Of a DNA stretch of 64,000 nucleotides, positions 44,092-54,260 are shown one piece after another. The notes under the pieces were generated by a model. That model was not told where the DNA came from and did no database searches. It saw nothing but the letters and a program-made list of their open reading frames with translations. Source of the DNA: Caecitellus pseudoparvulus (taxonomy: Eukaryota > Protista > Bigyra: Bicosoecida); the NCBI GenBank assembly GCA_965644315.1, contig CBFFRQ010000006.1, positions 62,001-126,000 on the forward strand. Direction: 5' to 3'. The translations under genes were made by a program, and so were the position numbers. Each line of letters starts with the position of its first letter. The stretch's first letter is position 1.

Positions 44092-44559
44092 ATGCTCACG
44101 AAAGCAGCACTGTAGATGGTTCTGCGCTGAATACATGTGGACAATACACCCCCATCGAAACCTTAGCCGTGACTTCGATGTCGTGTGAAGTGTTTGCTGG
44201 AAAGAATTTGAATGTTTTCACGGGAAAGATTGCTCAGCTGGACTTGTATGCTAGTTACGTAATTTCTCTTCGTGTCCTAGCGTAAATCTCCACAATCAAA
44301 TCGCAAATGCAATGGATTCCACTGGGGCAACGATCTCTACGAATCTCTACTGTCACCGGGTCTGTTTCCCTAGCCCTCTGAGCATGCTTGGCTTGGCAGT
44401 TTGAGTCAATTTCCGCACGAAACCAGCACATCTCCACTGCTTGCATCATTGAACGAGTGGGGGCCAAGGATCGCACACTGACTGTAGAGCTTTCGCCTGT
44501 CACTGCTGCAGGCAACGGCAGGGCGCGAGGATTTCTCCAGCGGAAGCAGCAGGCACAGC

Positions 44560-44953
44560 ATGGCTGCGCCTGAGCCAACAGTGGTGCGCAGCTGCTTTGT
44601 GTACTGCGCGAGGGCCCTGCGCGAGCCACTCCACCCTCGAATGTTTATCACAGACGCTACTGCGAGACGATATTCAGGCAATTTTGAACCGCAACGCCGC
44701 CGTCATCCAGCAGTGGATGTCCGCCCAGCAAACTGCCGCCGCCGGTGGCGCCGATGCCGCTGCCGCGGTGGCTACTGGGGAACGGTGTGCCGCCGTGCTG
44801 CAGGCGTCGGTGGGGTTGCTGGCGAGGCTGCACGATGCTGATGGCGGGCTGGTCACCGTCCCGCTTAGCGAAGCGCAAGAGGTGTTGCCCGCCAGCGTGT
44901 ACGATTTGCGAGTCAAATCAGTGGTGCGCCCCGCCCCTGCTCCAGCTGACTAG
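44560..44953 (+). CDS. Small SSXT/SNH-domain protein (SS18L2/GIF-like), ~107 aa, 1 intron
   Basis: Exon MAAPEPTV, intron 44584-44653 (GTGCGC...ACAG), then DDIQAILNRNAAVIQQWMSAQQ...CAAVLQASVGLLARLHD, resembling the SSXT pattern IQxxLDENxxLIxxIxxxQ...LxxNLxYLAxIAD. Confidence 0.55.
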
Positions 44954-45432
44954 GCCGCTTGTGCATCAACTTCAGGTTTCGGACACTCCCTCAGTCCCGT
45001 CTGCTTCCCGTAAATCATGCCTGCGTTGCTGGCCAGGTGCAAGCCAGAGCTGCATGATCATCTGTGAAGCCAGCATGTATGCAGAGTTGCCCAGTGCTGA
45101 AGTTGTGTTGGCCTGGACCAGTGCCTGTGCCCTGCCTGCCATATCGTTTCGTCAGCATTGCTGTGTGTCAATGACTGGCACCCCGTGCGTTGGTTCACCC
45201 GCGGTTTGGCGCAGCTCCTGCACCACTGCCTCAGCTGCGCATCAGTCCATGCAACGCGCAGGAAGCAAGAGGCTGCTGGGCCAAGCTGATGCGCACACAC
45301 AAGCTGTTCTTGTGCAATGCATCGTGTGTGTTTGCAAGGAGGTTTGCGTGGGGCAGTGCATTTCTGGCGTGATGGCGAGGCGTAGCAGGTGAACTGCTCC
45401 GCACACCATCAGCAGCCAGCACCGACTGAAGC

Positions 45433-45754
45433 TTAGCTGGGGGGAGTCCAGCGAGCGTACTGGGTGCTGTGGGCGAATGCCGTCACAGCAAGGCCGCCGG
45501 GGAGGACGACAAGGAAGATGGCCACTGTGCAGGGCGGCGAGACGAGCCAAGTGCGGAAGTGGAGCGCAGACGGAAACTCCGCACCGCGCCCACGCACGAG
45601 GGGCGCCGAGAGGGTTGTACTTCTCGGGTGTGAACATCTCAGCATGTCCCCCACGAGCAACTCGGGAGGTGGTGATGGCACGGCTCTGAACTGGCGCCGC
45701 CACTCGGGGAGCAGCGGTGGCAACCAGCCGGCTGGCAGCACGGGCGAGGGCCAT
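45433..45754 (-). CDS. Small mitochondrial single-TM protein (~82 aa), possibly a respiratory-chain accessory subunit; 1 intron
   Basis: Classic presequence MALARAASRLVATAAPRVAAPVQSRAITTSRVARGGH. Intron 45597-45525 (GTGCGT...CACAG). One hydrophobic helix, LAIFLVVLPGGLAVTAFA. Confidence 0.65.
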
Positions 45755-46301
45755 GGTGGGCAGGTGGCTTGCAGCGGGAGAGCTCCACAACCAGGGGTGA
45801 AAGCGTCCTTTGATGATAGGTGTTTTGATTTGCCTCGCAGGGTTTTCAGTTCAGCTTCCCACGGCGTGCTTGTAGGGGTCTGCGTGGGGCAAGCTCCAGC
45901 AGCCTTTCGTGCGTACGCCATCACCGGAAGCCAAGCCGAGGCTGGGACGCCAGCTTCCCACCAGAAGATTCCTTGCAGGGGTTGCTCATAGCCGCGCAGA
46001 GTGCGTCAAAGTCAGAGGGGGGGCGCTCCTCGTGGGAAGGCTCATCCAACGCATCTCCCAAGGAGCAACACAAGGGTCAGGAAGGCTCGAACATGTATTT
46101 GACGTCCTATCCACGGAAGCTAACATGAACGTGGCTTCTTCGACAAACTTATGGTGTTGATCGGGAAGGCCTTCCCCGCTTAAACAGCTGCAGGGTGGCT
46201 GCACGTCCGCTTGGCGCTTGCAAACTAGCCCACTTTCGAGCAACGCCTCCATGGACACTGCCCACGTACACTGCTGCAGACAATACTCAATAGCAGTGCT
46301 C

Positions 46302-49300
46302 TCAGTCCCGTGCCTCGGCGACGTGCTCCACCAGCACCGCCTTCGCCAGCTCATGACTCTCCTCCGGCGTCCCCTCCAGACCCCAGTGCGGCACCGCCAA
46401 CAACAACGCACGACTCGCGTGCAGCTCCCGAACAGCCGTGCCCAGCCACCACTGCACCAGCCATGTCAGCACCACCAACAGCGCACACAGCATGAGCAAG
46501 ACGATGCGCATGCCTGCGACGGAGGCCTGCAGGGTGTTCTGGGCCTGGTTGCGCAGGAGGATGTCGCCGTGCCAGTAGGCATCCTCCAGGACCTGACGGC
46601 CGAGTGCGATGGCGGTGCGGAGCTCGGCGAGCATGTCAGGGTGCTGGTGCATGATGGCGTGGCCTGGGATGGGTGCGGTGGCCCACGCAGAGGTGTTGTC
46701 GGCGGCGGCGAGGGTGGTGAGGCGTGCCATGACAGCGTCACCGTGGGCGATCATGCGGAGGAGGCTTTGGAGGATGCCGCCGTTGGCGGGGACACCGTCG
46801 AAGGCAGTGGAGCAGTTTGTTTGGAAGGCAGGCGTGGGCACGCAGGCGTCTTGTGTGATGAGTGTCTCGAGGGGGGAACCGCGCACGAGGGCAGGGACGT
46901 CAACAGCGGTGCTGATGCCGATCTGGTCACGTGTTTGGCGTGACAAGCCGCGCACTTTCCCTCCATCGAGCAAGCGTGTGATGTGCTCAAGCGCTTCGTC
47001 AGCTTGCAGCTGGGCTTCAGAAATCTCTTTTTCAAGCTCAGATGGGCTTGTGACAAAGTATGGGGCCATGAGGAGGTGCTCCGTGTACTCGTGGGCGCCT
47101 TGCATGGATCGCACAAGCATGCGGTGTCGAGCAATCTCGTGAACGCTTTCTCCGAAGTCCAAGCTTGCGAATAGAAAAGCAAGGCCCAAGGTCAGCACTT
47201 GGGCAATCAGTGATGGCACCAAGACAGCTAGTAGCCCTCTGCTCATAAAGGTAGAACAGGCCCCGCCGCTGTCAATGCTGCGGTTTGCGCGTTTGTACTT
47301 CGGCTGCGGCTTGGGCTCCACAGGCTGTCGGGGGGCAACCTTTGCTGTCGCTCCATCGTCGTCGGCAGGGAATGGCGTCGGCTGTGGGTCTGGGATGTCA
47401 ATTGGCTGAGGCGCTGGAATCGTGTCAGCTGAACCCTTGGCTTCTCCGGCCAACTGAACTCGGCCCTGCTCTGCCCGAGGTGGGGGCACGGCTTCCACAA
47501 GCTCGCTGGCAGCCCTGGTGTCACTGATTTCGCTATGCGTCCGGCTTCGGGCCACGGGCTCCTGCGGGAGGAACATTGTGCTTCCATCAGCTTCTTCTGG
47601 AAGTGCGACTGGCACACTTGTGGCCCCTCGACTCTTTGCCTCGTCGCTCTCTTCGGTCGACGTTGCAGTCTCCGGAGCCCCAACACTGAGAGGAGGTGAG
47701 CTGATAGGATTCACACTAACTGACTGTGACCGGTAGTCTGTTGCATCTTGAGCGGAGCCCCAAGTGGGCAGGCGTCCCGGCTCTCCGGCTTGAGATGCTC
47801 GACGAGGCTCGCGTGCTGTTGATCCCAGAACGCGAAGCGACGATGGCCTCGGTGGGCCCGCCCCGAGGGGGTGCAGTGGGCGCGTGATCCTAACTTGCAG
47901 CTGCTGTGCAGAGGGGCCTCGAGCCTTACTGCCATCGTCTGATGAGTCATCGCTCCACTCGGAATGGGAGTCGCCTATGCCGATGTTGTAGTCTGCGCCT
48001 TCTTCCTCCACTTCAGCCCGGTTTTGGAGAAGGCGCACTGCAAGTGCCCTTGCAGCACCGAACGCCTCTTCAATGGCTTTTTCGGGGACCTCGTGTAGGA
48101 TGTGCACTGGTTCCTTTACCTGTTTCGCGAGAGCACGGAGGGAGGTGGCCACGCTGCTGCCTACCGTGCAAATGAAGATGATTACCAGGCAGACGAAGCC
48201 AAGGGCCAAGTACAAGAGCAGCTGGGTCTCAAACAGGTTAATCCCAGCAATATACACTGCGAGAAGCTCCATTTGAGCCTCGACAGCTCCGGCGTGCAGG
48301 TTCCGGTACAGCTCGCGGCCAGCCGCGGAGGTGGCTACCTGGGTGCTGTTGCTGTCAACGCGCCCAACAAGCTGGCGCAGGAGCTGCACTGAGGTTTCCC
48401 CAACTTCAAAGGGGCTGAGAAGCCGCAAGTCAGTGCGTGTGTTGATGCGCTGGAGCTCCGACTCATCCACGGTGTCTACGAGAAACCAAGGCACGACGCG
48501 CTGAGTTGGGTATCTCAGCTGACCATCCTGCAAAAGGTCCGCATACGCCTTCTGAACGGTTCGAACAGTGGTGTTGTGGTCTGGAATACTCAAGTCCCTA
48601 CCAAGGACAACCTCAGGATCCCGGCCTTCAGCTCGCACGAGCACCTCCGTTTGGACTCGCAAGCTGCGACTTGCTTCGTTGAGAACGTTCGTTGAGCGCT
48701 GCAGAGACGCCAACAAAACTGGCAGCTCTGCAAAGTTATCATCCCTTGGCTCAACACAGAGCCCAGTTTCACACATTTCGAGGCGCTGCAAGGAGCTCTG
48801 TGTCCAGAGACTGGAGTGAATGACGTTTGAGCCTGCCCACACACTTTGACTCCCCTCCCGGATGACCGACGCTGTCTGCTGGTACCCCCACAAAGCAAAC
48901 ACCAAGGAGCACGAGACGAGAAGAGCGTTTGCAGCAACAACGGATGCCATAATGATGCAGGTGTTCCAGCTCCAACGCGCACTCCTCTTGCACCCACACC
49001 ACCGACTGCGCATGCCCTTCGCAGACAGCAAGTGCCCCAGGCCACCCACCACCTGTGCATGCGTCAGCTTGCCGTCGTCCGCTGCACCCATCTCCACCAG
49101 GGCTGCAGCAGGGGAGGAGTCGTCCAGCTGCACCACCAGAGGCGCGGCCTCCTCACCATCAGTGTCCGGTGCAGCGGCAGAGGTGGTGCGGGAGTGCTTG
49201 GAGGTGACGCTGGCGGAGCGAGCAGCGGGAGGCAGAGGCGAGGCCAGGGCTGAGCGGACTCCAGGGCTGTGTGGACTACTGCCTCCTGCTGCAGCGGAGC

Positions 49301-52300
49301 CGTCAAGCATGACGCCGCCACCGACGCCGCTGGTGATGATTTGCAAGGACATGAGGTACTGCTGGGGTGCCCGGCGCCCCATGTGGGCCCACTGCAGAGG
49401 CTGCAAGTGCACCATGACACCTGTTTCACTGCCGTCCCGTGTGCGCAGTGTGGCCCGGACAGCTGGCAGGCTGCCAGTGCTGTGGCGTGCCGTGAGTGCG
49501 GCCTCCTGCAGGGCACTGCGGAGGGCGGCCTGTCCACCGTCAGCTCCGTGTGCAGGCAGCAGGAGCTGGCGCATGACAGTGACGGCTTCCGTAGCGAAGT
49601 CGTCGTGGTTGAGGTCGGTGTGGTACTGGAAGGACTCGCAGGCTGCCTCCACGACGAGGTCCTGCCACTTGCCGGCACGGCTGGCGCCCACTGGCACCAT
49701 GCCTGGCTCATCGGTGGGGGGGGCGGGGCCGCCAGGCTGGAAGGCAGGCGCGGCAGCGTCAGTGCGCTGTGCTGCCTGTGCCTTGCGCTGGGGCTTGACC
49801 AGCACCAGGAGCGTGTCACGGGGCGTGATGGGGCGCAGGAGCATGTGCAGGCGTGAGGTGGCGGCATCCTGGAGGGAGCGTGGGAGGGCCTGTCCAGAGT
49901 GTTCCGTGAGGATGGCCATGATCTGCAGGGCGCGGCGACTGTCCTGCCAGCCCAGCCAGACCTGGAAGCGGCCCAGGCGCAGCTGCATGTGGCCGGGCGC
50001 CGCACGCGCCTCCTCTGCATCCCTGTCGACGCTGGCGAAGGTGTGGCGGATGGAGGCGGCGAAGTCGTCCCCGACACCCAGCGGGAACAGTGTGGGCAGG
50101 GTGGCAGCCAGGACATCCCGGCGGTCCCGCCCCAGCACCTCGCACGCTGCGGCCGAGCACTCCATGACCACCATGGTGCCATCACGGTCCAGGTTGACGC
50201 TCAGTGTGGCATCTGCGCCGGTGATGTCAGGTGTGGCGTCCAGTGCGTTGCCGAGGCGCAGGCGGCCAGCGGACGCCGAGATGCTCTGCAGGGTCTCTTC
50301 GGCTGCTGTGAGTGCCCTGTCGGCTTTCTCCTGCAGCACGGTGCCCTCTGCCTGCATGCCCAGCACCTGGCTGTGCAGCTGTGCGCTGAGGCGCAGGAGC
50401 TGAGGGTGGGCCTGCTGCAGCTTGCGCGTGGTGCTGACGAGGTGTGTGGCGGCGCGGCAGTCCGCGACCCATGTGACGGCGAGGTCACGCACGACGCTGA
50501 GTGCGGCGCCCTTGTCCACCGCTGTCAGCACGGCAGCCTTGCTGGCAGCGGCCTTGCCCACGGCGCGCTGCAGGCGCAGGAGGGAGGCACGCAGGAGCTG
50601 GCGGTGCAGGGGCGTGGCTGTGACAGCCCGGCCCTTGCCGTGCCCTGTGCCGCTGTTGCTGCTGTGAGTGCTGCCTGTCGTGACGCTGCGTGCGTCGCCC
50701 ATGGCGATGGCGACAAATGTCTTGTTGAGGCGCGCGCCAGCTTCAGCTTCCCGTGCGCCGAGCTTGACGCGGATGGCCATGAGGAGGCGGAAGGCGACGA
50801 GGCGGCGGTCCAGCTCCAGCCTGCTGCTGGCGGTGAGGGCGGCGTGGATGTGGTGCAGGGCACGGTTGAGGCTCTGTGCTTGTGCGAAGACGCGCTCGGA
50901 GCCGGCCAAGTACACTTCGGCTGCGACGAGCTGGACGATGGCGTCGTTGGGCCAGCGTTTGGTGGCACGTGCCATGATGACGGCGGCGATGCGGAGCGCC
51001 CTGTGGAAGGGCGGCGTGTCGGCATCATCGGGGGGGGGCGCGATGCCAGCGGCGCTTTCGACGGCTGTGAGGGAGCGCATGGTGGGGTCTGCTTCCTCGC
51101 CGCCGCCGACAATGCTGGTGGAGAGTTTGAGGACTTCAGTGGTGAGAGCGAGGGCTTTGGCTGGGACATTCTGGGAAGTGGGCCGTGTCAGCAGCAACGA
51201 CTCCCGGTAAGCTCGAATTTTGAAGGCGATGAATGTGCCAGCAAATGCGGCAGCCGCGCCGGTCACAGTTGAAAAGGCATCAAGCGCCCCCGGTGCCCGT
51301 ACATCGATGCGGGCCACGACCAGCACAAGGTGACCCACAGCTGTGATGGCGGCGGCGATGCGTGCCGCGCAGTCGACGAGCTCCACCTGTGTGCTTGTCT
51401 GCGTCGGCACAGGGCAGGGGCGCATGGTGTGTGAGGAGGAAGTGCGGCGGAGAGGGGGAGACGCACTCGAGTGGACCATGCTGCGAGGCGTGCGGCAGCG
51501 GCACCAATGAGGGCAGCAGTGGCGAGGGCGAGGTTCTCCACTGGTCTCGCTGAGTCATCTTGATTGAAGTCGACAGAGAGTGTGGACAGCAAGAAGGTGC
51601 TGGCAGCCACGAAGAGGACGTGCTCAGCAGCTTGAAGTCGACCTGCGAGCAAACAGCAGCAAATTGTGTACAGGAACGGATCATTGGGGGTTGCGCGGAC
51701 CCTCGCGGTGGTGGCGCTCAGCAGTCAGCTGGGTGTTTGCCAGCAGGGGTTGGAGTTGCACTCGAGCGTCAAGGTTGCACGTACACGAAAGGATGGAAAG
51801 CGGGGCGCCGAGGATGGGAGCCATGAAGCCGATGTTCCCAAGCAACACAAAGATAAACACTGCGGCATTCCCAAGCCCGATGATGAGCTGGCCTGCCAGC
51901 AGTGCTGACTCGGGCAGGGTGCTGGGGTTGGAGACGGCGCTGATGGGAATGATGAGGGCTCCAAACACCTCTGTCACAGTGCCCACAAACAGAAGCGCTG
52001 AAGAGGGCAAGAAGATGTTTTGGGCTACCAGGGCGTTGTGCTGCGTCTCAGGGCGCCTGTGAAGCCAGCGATGCAGGGGTGTTGGCGCAGCGTGCATCGG
52101 GGGCTGCGAGGTGGAGTTTGCGTACCGAAGGGCGAGGAGCGCGCACAAGAACAAGGCGCCACTCAGGGCCAGCGCCAGCACCCAGAAGAACTCCAGGACG
52201 CCAGCACTCCTGTTCTCACGAACAAGGGGAAGGAGAGTAAGGAAGGACAGCGCACGCCCCAGGGGGGGCGTGCTGGCGCTGATGCCTGACGAGGCAGCTG

Positions 52301-52472
52301 ACGTGAGCTCCACCAACGCGTGCACCTGCACTGCAGCAATGACGGCGGCCAAAGTCCGGAGCCAGCCCGGGACCAGGATCGGAAGGGCTGCTATCTTGTG
52401 TAAAAAGCCTTCCAACGTGTGTAGGACAGCAGGTGGAGCGTCAGCAGTGCCCGCACGCGACAGCGAAGCCAT
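46302..52472 (-). CDS. TmcB/TmcC-like multi-pass membrane protein with PAS domain (~2014 aa), 2 introns
   Basis: Three ORF-track segments join through introns 51700-51643 (weak donor) and 51466-51399. N-terminal TM bundle, ATKRWPNDAIVQL...LELDRRLVAF helical region, PAS-like ECSAAACEVLGRDRRDVLAATLPTLFP, then two C-terminal TM pairs flanking large loops. Confidence 0.7.
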
Positions 52473-52700
52473 GTTTGCGTTGGGCTGTGGGAGACAGCTC
52501 CCTCTCCGCAATAGGTGCGGGCTTGTACCCGGGAAGGGTGGTTGGGACGAGCTCCTTGTAGCAGGATGGGGCAGGGCGCATCAAACACACTGGAGAGAGA
52601 TGAAGAAGTAATGTAATGTTATTGAGAGTGCGGTTTTGTGCGCCAAGCGTGTACATGGAAGGGCTCGGGAAAGGGGGGGGTGCAGCAGCGAGCCTGCCTG

Positions 52701-52716
52701 CATGTGACGTCACATG
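52701..52716. promoter_or_regulatory. 16-bp perfect palindrome with CRE core (TGACGTCA) upstream of the TmcB-like gene
   Basis: CATGTGACGTCACATG, ~230 nt upstream of the ATG at 52472; a minus-strand CCAAT lies at 52738-52742. Confidence 0.5.
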
Positions 52717-52854
52717 ATGCCCGGCCAGCACGTACCTATTGGTCGGGCCCAGCCCCTGCGGCACTTCCTGGGGCTCTGCACGGGGCGAAAGCGGGAAAGT
52801 ACATTGCTAGGCGTTTTCCTAGGTTGTAGCCCTCGTCCTTGCCAAGGTGTGGGC

Positions 52855-54099
52855 TCACGCAGCACGTGGGGACGGGTGCGTCTTGGAGAAGCGCAAGGCT
52901 TCCTCGGCGTCGGGCAACGAGCCGCGGGCGCCTGCGTGGGCAACCTCCGCGAGGCCCTTGCGCAGCAGGTACTCGTCATTGTAGATCGTGCTGCGGTACC
53001 TATCCCCTCCGTCGCAGAGAATGGTGACCACAGTGTGCCCTGGCCCTAGCTGGCGAGCTGTGAGGAAGGCACCGACAACGTTCATGGCCGCCGCAGGCCC
53101 CACGAAGACGCCCTCTTGGGACAGCAGGAAGTGCGCCATTTGCACGGCGTCCTCATCCCTCACAGCCAGGGCGCTGGAGATGAGGGGCTGTGCCACGTCG
53201 AAGCCCAGCGTGTGCCTGCCCGTCCCGATGCCTTCCGTGATGGTGGAGCCTGGCAGAGCCCGGAATTGGCCTGTTTCCAGCAGCCCCTTCAGGCTCGAGC
53301 CGGGGGGATCCACCAGCACCATCTTCACGCCCGGCTTGGCTTCCGCGAAGAAGGCAGACAGCCCGCCGATGGTGCCGCCTGTCCCAGAGGCCAGCGCGAT
53401 GGCATCCACGTCGCCGCCCGTCTGGGCAAGGATTTCCGGCCCCGTGCCGCCAAAGTGAGCCTGCCAGTTGGCGGCATTCTGGAACTGGTCCGTCCACACG
53501 GCGCCTGGCGTCTTGGCGGCGATGCGGCTGGCTTCGTGGTAGAAGTGCCGCGGGTCGGAGAATGGGACGGATGGGCACTCCACCAGCTCCGCGCCAAACA
53601 GGCGCATGGAGGCTTTCTTCTCTTCGGTGATGCGGTCGGGCACAGTCAAAATGCAGCGATATCCCGCGCTGCGTGCCACGAGTGCAAGGGCCAGCCCCGT
53701 GTTCCCTCCAGTGCCCTCCACAATAATGCCTGCTGCTGCTCGGTCTTTTGTAGCCGGGTGCAGCTTTCCTGCTGCCTCAGCCGCTGCCACCATGCTCACA
53801 GCAGCACGGTCCTTGACACTGCCTCCAGGATTCATGTACTCTGCCTTGCCAAGAATCCTGCACCCCGTCGCCGCTGAGAGGCTCCGCAGCTCTGTGTGTG
53901 GCGCGGCGTCGGAGTTTCACGTGAAACTCCTGCGGCTCTCGCCGACGGAGCGAGACGCACCAATGAGTGGGGTGTTGCCCACTGCTCCGGCAAAGGAGGT
54001 GGCCACTGGAGGAGCTCCATATCCTCCATCTGCCAAGGCTGGGCACCCGATGGCTGCAGCAAGGCCAACAGCACCCACTCCTGCTGCCCTGCGCAGCAT
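52855..54099 (-). CDS. cysK: Cysteine synthase (O-acetylserine sulfhydrylase family, PLP-dependent), ~391 aa, 1 intron, N-terminal transit-like extension
   Basis: AVGNTPLI|ELRSLS...GKAEYMNPGGSVKDRAA (PLP Lys), IVEGTGGNTG, GTGPEI, SGTGGTIGG, TITEGIG, TILCDGGDRY. Intron 53960-53892. Confidence 0.9.
53911..53930. promoter_or_regulatory. 20-bp perfect palindrome with TCACGTGA core inside cysteine synthase intron 1
   Basis: GGAGTTTCACGTGAAACTCC. Confidence 0.5.
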
Positions 54100-54260
54100 G
54101 CTCGCTGAGTGCGGCAGAGGCAAGTCGAGGGACTCTCGGAGACCCGGCAGAGGAGCCCGTGAGCGTCACTGGAGCAAACAAGTTCAAAATAAAGAGCTGG
54201 AATAATAACTGGCGTTTTTATTCTTGAAGCAGGCGTGGCGATGCGAACAGTGACTGCCAC

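Noticed and set aside
44090-44550. AT-richer spacer with a short direct repeat (atctctac x2) as a mobile-element remnant
   Set aside because: No terminal repeats or transposase-like frame; consistent with ordinary UTR/promoter DNA.
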